Positions 12,222-26,400 of a stretch of DNA of 64,000 nt are shown here, in pieces. Numbering within the stretch: position 1 is the stretch's first letter; the number at the start of each line of letters is the position of its first letter. The translations under genes and the position numbers were made by a program. This stretch comes from Octopus sinensis (lineage: Eukaryota). The notes beneath the pieces are model-generated. The model did no database searches. It saw nothing but the letters and a program-made list of their open reading frames with translations, and had not been told where the DNA came from. Location of the stretch: NCBI RefSeq assembly GCF_006345805.1, contig NC_043002.1:3410001-3474000 (forward strand). The letters run 5' to 3'.

Positions 12222-15200
12222 TGGATGATGTTGCATTGTGATGGTTGCTTTTGCTTTCATTGCAAAGAAAAAGTATAACATTTTACATTAATTTGTATAT
12301 TTTAAAAGGTTTTTAAATGGCAATCTTATTTTAAGCCCTGTGTGTGCATAGAGGCACCAACAACTGAAAACAGTCTTTGTGTGTTGACTTAGAATCTGTT
12401 GCAACATTACGTCCTCCTCTTCTCTCTCAGTTCAAAGAAGTTGTTAATTTATTCTGATTGAATTATTTTGCTTACCTGTCAGGTGGCAAACATGCAGTTT
12501 TTTCATTATAATCTCCTTCAGTCAGTCATTAAAACAGGGCCTGTGAGTATTGAGGTTTGAGGTGGGGCCTGTGAGCATTGAGGTCTTCTTACACTGCTGC
12601 AACCCCAAAAGAGAGAAACATGATGAGGTGGATCTGATCAGCAAAACTCTCTACTTTAAAGCATTTCTTAAACTGCCTTGATGTCTTTTATGCTAAATAT
12701 GGTGGAAGTAGTAGTACGGGGGAAGGTGCTGTGACAATGCATCATTCCATCTACCATTTGTTAGTGATACCCTACACCTGGTGCATGACACCTTTGCACC
12801 ACTTGGGTGACAACCCTCCAATCTATGGGTCTGTTTTGGGGTAGCTATTGAGGGTTTTATGAGGTCAGAGTGCAAATCCTCCCTCAGCCTCTTTCAGTTG
12901 CCTTTTATGAGATGCAGAGGAGATGTTGGGTCTATTCTTTGGCAATGCTGGTTCCCACACAGCACAAGAATAATATCAAATGAAGTGTTTTGCTCAAGAG
13001 CATAACACACCGCCTGGTCTAGGAATTGAACCCATGATCTGGTGATTGTGAGTAGATCTTCACCACTAGGCCAGCCACCTTCACTAAGGCTTGTTGTTAG
13101 ATGGGAAAAGATTTATTGTGGTTTGCTGCTTATATATTAGTAAAAATAGGCGACAGAGAAAGATGTTGGATTGCAGGTAAGATGTCACTGTCTGTAGAGA
13201 TGACCAAAGAAACCCAGATAACTAACATCAAAAGGGATCTGCAGTTTCTCAGAATTGTGTTTGTGCAAAAGGGTGATGTCCAACCCTGGTACATGAGAAA
13301 TATGGAGAAAGTGAGAACTGTGTGTGTGTGTGTGGTTGCACTTGATGTTTTTCATGAACTTAGTCCAATAAGAAGAATAAAGAGGTTGTATACTGTCAAC
13401 TTAACGTGACAGTAGGGGATTACACCACTGCTGTTTAGCCCTAGGAAGCATCGACGCTTCCTGTCGGCTTCGACACATTTCCTGTGTCCTTATATATTTA
13501 CGAAGGAAGCATCGAATAAAGAACAATTAATAAAATGTTACATAGTTGTGTAGGGGGAAGAATTTCTTTTTTCGAGATAGTTACTGCAAGAAAGGTCCTT
13601 CCATATTTAAGTGGACCCAAACTTGTTCAGCTTTTCTTTTATGCTCTTAAATTAGTCTTCAGCAATTGACAACTAAACGCATTTGAGGTTCTGCAAAGTA
13701 AATCATTTTATAAAGAACAAGAATTTGTCTGTTCAATTAAATTCCATCTGTGTATTCCTCCTTCATTTAATTTAGTTTTAATTGATTTCCTAACTAACGT
13801 ATTAATTTATTTTCCTATGTTATTTTAATATGAATAAAGTTAAGTTTCATTGCTAACAATTTTACATTATCAACCTTGTCTCCAATGTTTATCTTTACAC
13901 AACTCTCTGTTCCCCGACTGCTGGACTTAGTGTCTTTCTCTCCCTCTAGCCTTACAATGGATTCTAACTGAAACCTTTTATTTGTAAACCAAAGATAATA
14001 CCATTCTCATCCAGCTGGCCATATGTAGTAGAAGTATGGCAGCAGTTTTAGCTTAGTCAACTGATATCATTACTGAGTTTTCTGATTGAATTGTGCTTCC
14101 ATTAATAATTCTCTATCAGTTCTGAAACTGTCAATACGTGGCTGTTCATGTTTTCTTCTTTCACACTTTATATTATAATGTTCAGCCATTGTTCACTCTG
14201 ACGTAACACTTCTCATTAAGCCCCCCCCCCCCCGTTTGTCTTTTACTCTCATCTTAAACACTAATTGGTTTATTGTTGAAAAGGCATTCTACAAATGGAT
14301 CAGATGTTGCAGACCTCTCTCCAATACTAAAAGGAATGGTTAGATTTGAAAACGTGTCAGATATTTAATCTCCTAAATTTATTCCCCCCCCCCCCAGATG
14401 ACCAGAATGCAATATCGTTAGATAACAACTAATAATCAATCAATTGTTGGGTTCCTGAGTGTTGTTTTTAATCTCCAATATTAATCAATAACAACTGCAG
14501 TGGTTTATGATTAAACCCGTTAAGTCTTTCAATGGCTTTACACCTTTGTTCTTTGATATTTTTGTTGAAATTCTATCCTATTTCTGTTCCAGTTGAAGAA
14601 GTGGTCAATGATGCTGACATTGAGGGTAGGTAAACCAGATGATGCTGCTATGTATTAGTTCTGGTCAGACCCAGTCTTTTACCATTTTATTCATTGTTAG
14701 CAGGTGGGGTGGGGTGGGGGTACTACAGGCTCTTGTGAAGTCAAAACAATTCTTTCTCTTTGTATAATTCTGTGAATGTGTATATAATTACATTCACACA
14801 CAAACTGACAAAGTAATATAAAATTCCACCGACATTGAATTTAATTCAGCAGATCATATGTTGTTGGACAATGCTACTTCATTGTGAATATTATTAGAGA
14901 GAATTAATTATATTGGGTCATCCCATAAATAATACAGTTTTTTTCAATTGCATGAACTAAAAGTTGGAGGGGACGGGTTAAACTACCTGAATCAGCTTGC
15001 TATAAAAGCAGATAGTAATTTTACCTTGCCCTTGGTTTTAGTGCAAGTTTTGAAGAGTGCAGATCAATTTTAACAGTTATTTTTTTTCAAAGCTATAATG
15101 GAAGTGACAAAGGAACATATTCGACATATTTTGTTTTATGATTTCAATAAAGGCAACAATGCAACAAAAGCTGTGAGGAATATTAATGCAGTATAATGGA

Positions 15201-17426
15201 GATGGAACAATAAGCATAAGCCAGTGTCAATGGTGGTTCTAGAAATTCTGAACTAGAAACTACAGCCTAGAAGACGATCTTCATTCTGGAAGATCTGTAA
15301 AGTTTGATGAGGACGCCCTGCAAACCCTGGTGGAACAAGATCCCATTGTAACTGTAGAGAAGCTAGTAGAGAAGCTTGGATTTGATCATTCAAACTATTC
15401 AGCAACACCTGCGTGCCATCAGAAAAAATCAGCAAATTGGGTCAATGAGTTCCTCACAAACTTTCCCAGTCTAATCGCATGCAGAGAGTGAATGTGTGCT
15501 CTTCTTTGCTGTCACGTCTCACGAACGAACCTCTTGTGGACCGATTAGTGACTGGTGACAAGAAATGGTTTCTCTATAAAAATGTCAAGTGCCAAAGACA
15601 GTGGGTAGGGAAAAGAAAAACACTGGCACCCCAGGCTAAAGAAAGTTTTCACCCACGTAAGGTGTTGTTATCTGTTTGGAGGAATATGAAAGGTTTAGTG
15701 CACTTTGAACTTTTAAACCCAAACCAAATGATAACTAAGATCTACTTTGAGCAGTTTAAGTCAGCACTGGAAGAAAAACGACCATCTTTGGTTTCAAGAT
15801 GAAAGGTGTTCTATCAGGATAATGCTTGGCCACATACAATGAGGATGACATTCCAAAGGCTGGAGCAGTTTGAATGGGAAAAGGTGCTCCACCCACCATA
15901 TTCACTGGACATTGCCCCATCTGACTATCATTTATTTGACAGTCATCAAAATCATTTGGATGGAAAAAATATGAATTCTGTAGACAAGGTCAGAATAGTA
16001 CTGGAGGAGTATTTTTTGTCATGGACAAATGAATTTTTGAAAAGGAGCCTTGCAAGTCTACCAGATACATGGAAGAGCAATGTAGAAAATGAAGGAGAGT
16101 ATATTTTAGATTTTTAAAAATTTATCTTTATTTTGAAAAATAAAAGTACAAAAAACCCACATTATTTATGGTATGACCCAATACTGTTAGAGAGGACTAC
16201 TGTTTGTTGCTAATTTTTGTGTACAAGTTTTCTTTTAGTAGATCTTGGTGGATTAGGGATTAGTTTATCCCTGACAGTGTTCTTCAATGAATGTTGTTCA
16301 GTTTAGACAAAAGAATTCATTGGATTCTTGTCTGAAAGCTTGAGGTCACTTAGACATTCCTCACTTCAATAGATGACAAATTATAAACCTGGTTTTCTTG
16401 TTAATCTGAAATCTCTTTAAAACTCAAGTGCAGAATAGACATTATTGTGAATATCTTTCTGCTTAAAAAAAAAAAAATATTCAAAGGATTTTCTGTGCCC
16501 ATGGGTTTTTTTTTCCACCATGAGGGAAGTTCAACTTGGACTTTTAGAGAGAAGACCTGGCTGGGAGGGATGTATCCATTCGTGTGAGTGGGTGTTGAAG
16601 GTCTCCAACACAACCATCATTTGTTACCACATGTTGTGGTCTCAGCACTCTGCCAGGCTTCATTTCCCTATTTAGTTCTTGATAGCATCACTCCAGTTTT
16701 ATCTTTGTTGCCCATGAAGCTGTTTTCTGTCCCTCTGGTCACTGAGGATGTGGACACACAACTTCTGGGTCCTGATAATATGACTAAAAAATTACAATTA
16801 TTGCCATTTGAATGTTGTTACCAAACTTTGATCTGCTCCAATCTTTAAGACTGAATTCCCTGATCTACAGGCCAACCAACTGATCCACAGTGCTCCCCCT
16901 GTAGCTTGTCATCTTAAATGCCATCAGTGGTCTGGTGTCAGCCACCTTTAGTCTGTCCTTCTTATCTTTAGGGTTCATACTTAAAGAACACTAAAACTGC
17001 CAGAAGAAAGTGATGAAAGCTTTCGTTTGTTTAAATCTTTTAGTTTCTTTTATCAATAATTGTGCTTTTGAAATCATCTTTGTAATTAATTATATTCTAT
17101 ACTTTTTCACTATACCATTGTACTTTATTAATTGATATGCTGTTGATAAAATGTACTTTTATGCACTTCTAAAGTCTTGACTCTATTTCACTACTCAAAT
17201 GTTGACAATGTAATAATAATAATAATATCATATATATGACAATGTAATATATTACATATACGATGATAGTGTAATCACAATATATTATACATTCTTTAAT
17301 ATATTATTATTGATTTTTAATTTTTGTTTTACATTAATAGAAGATTTACCACCTCCAGTTGGAGTGGGTAGGTACCTGCCTTCTGGTTGATTTGCATGCT
17401 CTTTTCACTTTACTCTCTTTTCAAGA

Positions 17427-17469
<43 letters not shown>

Positions 17470-20400
17470 CTTTGCAATTTAAATAGAAAATTCTTAATAC
17501 TTTTGACAATCTTTGTAGCAATTCATAAATGGTTAATTTTGGATTTCTGTTTGAGGCATACTTTTTTAGAAATTCTTTCTGTTTGTAATATTTGCTACTT
17601 GCAAGTTTACTTGCAAAATTTGTGTTTGTGTGTGATCGCACATGCTTCAGCTTTTTTTCATACATCATCTGGCACTCTTAGAAATACCCAACAACTTTGA
17701 TAGATTCAGATAAATTTGTTATGACTACAAAAAGATGGATTAAATTGACTTTTCTATCACATTAAAGCGAACCAGTGTTAAGAATATACCCAGGCATGGC
17801 CATCTGGTGACTACAGTGTGTTCCATGTTAATACTCACTACAAATCTGCTCAATTTTAATTTTATTCAAATTCAAACTCGCTTTACCTTTTTAATAATTC
17901 ACAGTATTGACCAGACCTCCAGATGCTGTTATACACCGCTGGTCACAATGCACTTCCAATTCTGTCTTGATTGTGCCATTCTTTTCTATCTTGAACCATA
18001 TTGCTTAACTAGATTGTCTTCTCACCATTGTGGTAGACTTCCAGGTGGCTTTTTTTTTTTTGATCTCATGTATACCACTTGGCAACTGCACAGGTCCACC
18101 TTTTGTCTGGGAACCCTGCAACATGTCCTGCCCAGCAGAACTTGTGCTTTTGGTATTCTGCAATCACATTGTAATCTTTGCTCCAATCTTAAATTATTTC
18201 ATTTTGAATATGTTCTCGTAATGATATTCCTCCATGGCCCTTTGCGCCACAGCCAATCAATGTTCTATCCTCTTTGTAGCAGCCCATCTCTCACTTATGT
18301 ATTCTCAAGTAAAATCATATTAAATACGAAAGAACTTAAATTACTTTTAACATATGTACTTTTTTCATTTTTTAAGTTCTTTTATCTTGAAAATGAATTT
18401 TGGTATATTTCACCATTTTCTTATTTTAGGGACAGCTAGAGAGTACAGCTGTTGTAGTTGTGATTTTTATTGACTGACAGACCAGTTAAATCCATCTATC
18501 ATTAGTTATTCATTATTCTATATTTATTAGTCAGGGGGATTGAAGATAATTATCCTAACTTTGCTTTGTCCAGAATTAACAAAGTGTCTTTAACATAAAT
18601 GTATATTATTATTATTATTATTCCATGTTGAATTCTGTCCTGTTTCTGTTCCAGTGGAAGAAGTGGTCAGTGATGTTGATGTTGATGTTGAGGGTAGGTA
18701 AACTAACCGCTAGATGATAGTTCTGATCATTTAGTTTTGTATTTTTCAGTGAAATGTAGGATGATATTGTTAACCTACCACATTATTTGGTCTCTCTGAT
18801 AACTTGATTTCCTGTCTGGACGTTTCAATGAATTTGAACACATTTAGTAAAATGGCTGGATTTTTTTTCATCGGTTATATTAAATGTTGATTGTATAAAA
18901 TATTTGTTATAAAGCTGGTTGTATGAAATGTTGTAACTTAACAGCCAAGTGAAACGCTCATCAGTTAAGATGTTGGCATTAATTGATTGGGATAATTTTT
19001 TGAAAGTTGAGATTTTTATTTAAATCTGAACACTTGATGAAGCAGATTTCCAACCCGTTGCTATTGGAAACCTTAAATATTGTTACATAAAAGGGATTTT
19101 ATTTTTTTCCGAGAATACAACACTGCCACATAAGATTACTTTGTGAATATGCTTAAACTACATGTTTACTAGAAAAATCTGTGGAAACACACATTCAGGT
19201 GTGTACATAACTTCTTATGGTGAAGACTTTATAGTCTCTGATGTATATCCATGAATTAAGGGGATTATAAACTCCTTGTTCCAATGAAGTCCTTTTCTAC
19301 AGATTACAATTTTCCTTTTTCTAATTTCCTGGTTGCTGTTAAAACTAGGCTCTTTTTTTTCATGTGTCCGTCATACAATCTGGAATGTCTGTTTTGCTAT
19401 TGAATTGATAGACTCCTATGTATATTATGGCATTGATTCAAAGTGATTCTATTTATATCTTTGACTTTTATTTTACATGACTAGAAGACTTACCACCTCC
19501 AATTGATGAGGGTAGGTACCTCATAGTTGATTTGCATGTTTTGTCATTTCTCTTCCTGATCTTTATTATTTTTCTCTCTCTCCTCAATATTTATACAACA
19601 AATATAGGTTTACTCTAAACACCCGAGTCTTCTGCATTACAATAGAATTTAGTGTTTTAAATGGGAAGTCTTTATAACTATTCTTAAGAATTATCTCAAA
19701 TAAAACTTTGATTAGTATTTAAGGTTTTCTGTTTGTAAGTTGTTTTGTAAGTAAAATAAGACAGTTTTATGACAAGTTTTACCTAAAAAAACCTTTTCGA
19801 TTTAAGGCCTATTATATTCGTCAGCACTTGACTCAGCTTGTCATTTCTCAATTCAAAATATATATTGTAGTTTTCTGAAGGAATGTCCACTGGTCACTTT
19901 GCACACTCCCAAAGGATAAAACAATATATTTGAAGAGGAATTTAAAATTTAAATTTTTCTCTAAATATTGTATGCAATTATAAACAACAAAGAATATTTG
20001 AATATATATGTATATAGGGGGAGAGTTCATGAAAAAAACAAGACGAAGACAGGTGGTGTAGAAAGCAAACAGATGTATTAGTATAATGCTCAGGAATTGA
20101 AAAAGTCTTTTATGTTTCGAGCCTACGCTCTTCTACAGAAAAGGACACAATATATATATATATATTCAAAGGATTCTGGGAATACTGCTTAGAAGGGACA
20201 AAATAGCAAACGTCAGCTTATAATTCAAAGGTTTGCTGCTGGTGGTGTTCATAGTTTGTGTATGCCATCTTTGAGAATTGATTTTAGATTTGTATTTTAC
20301 TTCCATTGTTAACAATAAAGATTTGCTTAGCTTCATAATGATCTGTACTCCTAGGTGGCTCCATGGATTCTGTCCCTAGGCCCTCATTTGTAGTATCCCT

Positions 20401-23400
20401 AAGCAAGACTTCATCATTTACAGCAGATATCATCATCATTTAGCGTCCGTTTTCCATGCTAGCATGGGTTGGACGGTTTAACTGGGGTCTGTGAAGCCGG
20501 AAGGCTTCATCAGGCCCAGTCAGATTTGGCAGTGTTTCTACGGCTGGATGCCCTTCCTAACGCCAACCACTCCGCGAGTGTAGTGGGTGTTTTTTACGTG
20601 CCACCTGCACAGGTGCCAGACAGAGCTGGCGAACGGCCACGAACGGATGGTGTTTTTACGTGTCACCGGCACGGGATATGTCACCGGCACGGGTGTCAAT
20701 GATATATTTATAGATATGTCAATGATATATTTATAGAGAGAGAAATAGGGAAGAACAGGTCTTTAAGTTGATCTTGGAAATAATTCCATTCTTAGATTTA
20801 CAATCACACATAGTTCTAGCCTAATAGCTATTTCCTCTTTTGGGAAATAAGTGTAGGATAAGGAATGACACATAAAAGACTTCAGTATACACAAAAATCA
20901 TAAATGCCTTTACATACCCACCGAGAGTGATCCGTCCCCACCCATAAATAAATGACTGCAACCATTGCTGACACCCAGCACTGGAGTAGGACTGTCGACC
21001 TGTGGAGTGAAACAAACATTGAATTGGTGACTTCACTCATGTTTGTGCTACAGTAAAATACATTCAAAAGATACTGTGGAGTGGTAGGTGTTAAAAAAGA
21101 CACCCACACATAGAAATTGTGCCCAAAATGGATTGTGCAAAATAACTGTGACAACCAGTCCAATCCATGCCAGCATGGAAAACAGATGATGGTGATAAAG
21201 AAATGTTACAAGTGAAACGAACATTAATTAATAATGGATGCCTTGAAGAGATTATTAGATTATTCTACAGATTAATCTATATTAGTTGACCAAACAACAC
21301 ATTCACCTATGTTGATGCAATCAATAGAGCACTCAGTAAAAAAACAAAAGCCAACACATATATAGCTTATGTAGTATACTACTACTACTACTACTACTAC
21401 ACACACACACTAGAAGAACCAAGTGCACCTGAGTTACAGAGTGGCTGAATATGTCTTAAAACAGAACATGTAACATGCCTCCCTATAAACTCAGTCAGAG
21501 TAAATTACAAAAATACTGGAATGAAAATCGTTCGGGTCAACATGAAACTAAAGATTTGCAGAACAGAACAGACAACCTGTGCAATAAAGAAATTTCAGTG
21601 TAAAGGTTGGACGTTGTAAACTTCATGACTTCAACTGTTGTGTCAGACTTCAACAGGAATGACACTTTCTCATTGGTTGATCCTGCATTTACAACGAGGA
21701 CCCAATGCAACACAATACAGGAAACAGAATCAAACAGAAAAAAATATTTGCTGCTGGCATCACCATTCTATAGAGATTAACTGTGGAAGGTTTTACTAAT
21801 AAAAAACAGCTTTCAAAAAAAGTCCCCCCCTCCCAAATTAGCTTCCAGACACAGCACACATAAACATAGAGTTTTGTTCTTTGCTGCATTAATGTTTCAA
21901 GGCTTTCTCAGTTATATAATAGCTAAGGGAGCGGCCCAAGCTGTTATAATGCAACTGGAGCTCACCACAATATTATTTTTAATGTTATAATATCAACAGT
22001 TTATGGGGAAATGTTAATTTATAAAATTTATGAAACTTTTGGCATCATTGGACCAACATTTAAACTATAGTTTGGATTATACTATATAGTATTATACTAT
22101 ATAGTATTTCTTTCCTACTGAGTTTATGATCATTAGCATTGTTCAATATATATAATGAGTCCTATCTTTGGAAGCACTCTCTTTTAATGCATTATTATAA
22201 TCACGAGCAGCATAGTCAAGATTTCATGTCAGGAAATAAACTGATATTCACTTGTTAATGCTATTAGGGACATTTTCAAGAATTATTGTGCATTGAAGAT
22301 GTACAATCCTATAAATTCACAAATCTCAGTTCAGTCCTATGATCCTTTAGTTACATCAACCAAAATATTAGCATAAAATAGCAAAGATTTCTTATTGATC
22401 ATATCAATGCTTCAATCATCAGTTAGAATAAAATCTCGGCTAAACTCTAAATTTTTCTGAAGAAAAGATTTCTTTATAGATAGTTAGGACCTACAAATAG
22501 AACTGTGTAAATGTATAATGTGGCCTTTCTATTTTATTGTATCATGTCCTTTTGAGCAATCATTTTGGAAGATGTTTAAGGCACAAACTGTTTGAAATAT
22601 TTCTTGTATTTTTTCTTTGGTGATAATTATTCTACTAATAATCACCTTGCAAAGTTTTATAAAATCTATGGATTTCTGTTGAGCAGAAAGCTTTCTTATT
22701 ATGAGAATAAACCCTAAGCAAGATTTTAAATATGGTATGAAATTTAGTTAATTAGTTTGTTTGTTTTTTGTAAATAAAATTTAATAAAAGTTTAATTTGT
22801 CAAAGAAATCAAACTTTATTCTATAGTTGTTACTGAGGGGATTAAAGATTATAAAGTTTTGTCCAAAATTAAGCTAGAAATATTGCTGTGGTGCAAAGAC
22901 TAATAAGTCTTTGACATAAATGTGTATTATTCCATTGTATCTTTGTTTGAATTCCATCGTGTTTCTGTTCCAGTGGAAGAAGTCAGTGATATTGATTTTG
23001 ATGGTAGGTAACTAGTTATTCCTGATTCTCTCTTTCTTCACCATTTTTTTCAAAGTATGCCACTTTAGTTAGTTGATATCTGATAATTTTTAAAATCTCT
23101 TTAGAAATGGATTCCAGCCTATCGTTGCCATTTATTCCAATTTAACTTTTTAATAAAAGATCAGAACTGTCAAAATTAGATTAGATTTGTTTTGTATAAC
23201 CACAGGAAACATTCATAGCTTTTCATTGCCATTCTAATGCACACATTGTTGATATATATATATATATATATATATATTAGTGCGTGTATGTGTATGTACA
23301 GCTGCTTTTAAGTGATTTAACCTGGTGAATATTTTTGTGTGAATAACCAAGGTCCTGTGTCTAATTCGGTACTCAAATGTTGATTGTGTAATAACATTAT

Positions 23401-26400
23401 ACATTCTTTAAAATATCAATGTTATTTACTTATTTTTATTTTTTGTTTCACTTTAACAGAAGATTTACCACCTCCAGTTGGAGTGGGTAGGTACCTTCTG
23501 GTTGATTTGCATGTTATTTCAACTTTAGAACCTTCAAATATCTTTATAATTGTTCACAGCAGCTGCTGTTCATAAACAGTTAATTTTGGGTCATATCTGT
23601 TTGTAGTATAACTTGTTTAATATTCAAAATTCAATATTACTATTTGTTTCTGTTGAGTATGATGTCTGACTGGAGAAAAACGAAAAAAAAAAAAGAAGCC
23701 CTATTAACCGTTTTCTATTGTAAATATTAAAGTACAATCTATGGTACAATCTTAAAGGAAATGTCTTCTTTCATTAGGGTTGTAGAACTTTCTCTACTTT
23801 CATAACTTTTTAAGGCAATCCCTCTTCATTTCTGTTGCATAAATGGATGAAATTATTGGAAACGATTGCCAAACGTTTGCTTTGTTCAAAAACTAATCCA
23901 GAAATATTTTTGTGGTTTGATACTAATCAGCTGTGTTCAGAAATTTGTTCATTTATCCATTTATTGATGCATCTCCTGTTTTTGTTCCAGTCGAAGAAGT
24001 GGTCAGTGATATTGATCCCGATGGTAGGTAACTGGATGTTATCTGATAATCTTCATCACTTAATCTTGTATATTTTAATTATTGTACAGTCACCCCCCCC
24101 CCTTAAATCTTAATTATTTCCTGTCGTTGATGTAATTATGACTATATCTTACTTCTGATCTCTATCGTTTATTACAAACAACCTCGATCATAATTTTGAT
24201 CTTTACCATAATTACCTTCTGTAGCAAAGTCCTTTTTTAAAACCTCATTGGTCTTATAGCTCCACCAAGTTCCCTCTTTTACCAAATTTTGATGTCAGTA
24301 TGCACACGAAACAAATCTCTTATGTCTGTGGTAAGCCGTTGGTTTTGGTGCTACACTGAAAGTTCTTCTGGAATAATCTAACCCACAACAGCCGTCAGAT
24401 GCTAAATTCACTACAACTTTGTTATTTCTAATTGCTGTGGTGTTTGTTCTTGTGCTGTTGTGATCCAATTTCACAATTACCATATTCATTCTTGCTGCCA
24501 AGTTTTACAGTAGCTTCTTTCCAAGCCTTGTATCTCAGTGTTTTCTTTTATGGTAAAATTTGAAGGCAACTATAAGAGTACAACTATATTGATGCTGTTT
24601 TAGGGGTTGTATTGTTTTACTTCCAGTAGAGTTTATGACTGTAATAAATTGTCTTGAAGGAAAATGATAAGCACTTTTAGGAGAGGTTTATGAATTTAGT
24701 GTGGTTGAGAGTTTCTCTTTGTATGTGTGTGTGAGAGAGGAATGGGTCTATTCTCTAATTTCCTTTAATTAAGTCTGTTAAGTTATTTACGAAATGTTTG
24801 AACAAATTGCTACTTGAAGAATATAAATTCTCCAAGAACCTGACAAAACTTAGATTCTCTTAGAATTCTTTAAATAGATATTTCTTTTTCACTGACCTAC
24901 TTCTGAAAGTTTGTCATTCATAACTGGTTTATGAAAATATTTGGAAAGAAATGTCATTATTCAGGCTGACTTTCAATAGATAGGAAAAAATAAAAAACAG
25001 GTTTGATGACTTCACTGGATTTGTAGCCTGTAGCTTTCATACAATACAGAATTTTTAAGGTGGATGTTGTATAAGAGTTTTAATTTTGATCTGGAAAACT
25101 TTCAGAGAAGAGTATGTTCAATGCTTAGCATTTTTATGATTTCTTGAAACATGGCTTTGGACAATGTCTTTTATTGGACTTTTGCTTGAAAGAAAGGCTA
25201 TTTTTATGGCAGTGTAATCAGTAACAAGGAAAATGTAGTCCATATTGGTTTCTGGAATATTTATTAGACTTCCATAAACAAAACTGATTGAAATTTGTTG
25301 TGAGATCCTCATTTAAATGTCTCTATAAAACAAAACTCATTTTTTGAAGAATCTTGCCCATCACTAAAAACGTTTAATTTTTTTTTTTTCCATATTTTCA
25401 GTTTCTTCCTTCCTTTTCTGTAACTCTTTCATTTTCTTGAATTCCCTTATCCAAGTTTACTCACAAATTCTTGTCTTAGGAATCCCAAAGCTCTTTTAAG
25501 TATTTTTATCGGTTCTAGTTTTCTCTGGTTTGTTTTTCTGTTATCAACTGTGAAAAACTCTATAACTTTATCATACTGGAATAGGAAAAAAACCCTCAAA
25601 AACCACAACTTTTGTTTATTATTGAATCAACTCTATTCCCCTAGGTTTCTAGTGTTCCTAGTGACGAAACAATTGTACTTTGCTCTGTTTAAAGCAATCA
25701 TCTTTGATGGTAATTAATAGTTTATTTGTAACTAAAAAGAAGTCTTTTATTTTTGTATTTTTTCTGAAGTCTGTACCATTTCTGTTCCAGCTGAAGAAGT
25801 GATCAGCGATACTGAGATCGATGGTACGTAACTAGACAGTCCTCATCATTTCATAACCATACTTGCTTCTAGTGATTCATACTGTTTGATTAGCTCACAG
25901 AAAAATAAATACAACTGAAACACCTCTTTAAACTTTGCAACCCCAAAATCTATAATTGCAGTTTAAATATAAATAATTTAAGTATAAATAGCCGAACAAT
26001 TATTCTGTGCTGATGAAGGGAAATAACCCGGAAATGATACACAGATATTGTTTTGAGCTGAGTTGGGGTGCTAGATTGCCTTGTTTGAAAATATAAGGAC
26101 ACAGATCATATTGTATCGCCAGCTGGTGATGATGTCTCCTGGGGCTAAATTACGGCAACATTTGTCCTAAACCAGGACTGCCATGTTATGTTGGCAAACA
26201 ATTTTTACTCCAAAGTATTGTTGCTGAATATCTCTTGTTGTGAGATTTACAAATAGTAATTTTCTAAATATAAATAAAGCTACATATTTAAGCATATCTA
26301 ATCCTAAACAATAATCTAAAATATTTTGTTAAAACCCAGTTTGCAATGTTGCTGTTAAATTAGACATTAATTCTTGATTCACAAAAAAAAACGGCCTTAT

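Larger units (their letters stand above)
11644..23513 (+). promoter_or_regulatory. Conserved TGCATG (RBFOX-type) intronic splicing elements downstream of Pro-type micro-exons (11644, 17393, 19533, 23508; also 4537 and 37703)
   Basis: Hexamer at +17 to +32 nt from the donor in six micro-exon introns; absent at that position after acidic-type exons. Confidence 0.7.

Noticed and set aside
17807-18439. 210-aa + strand ORF
   Set aside because: No protein-like motifs; it is the antisense of a degraded RTE LINE fragment
14593-25823. Short near-identical repeats separated by unique sequence, superficially CRISPR-like
   Set aside because: Spacing is kilobases and irregular, repeats are bounded by splice sites, there are no cas genes, and the context is eukaryotic; they are duplicated exons
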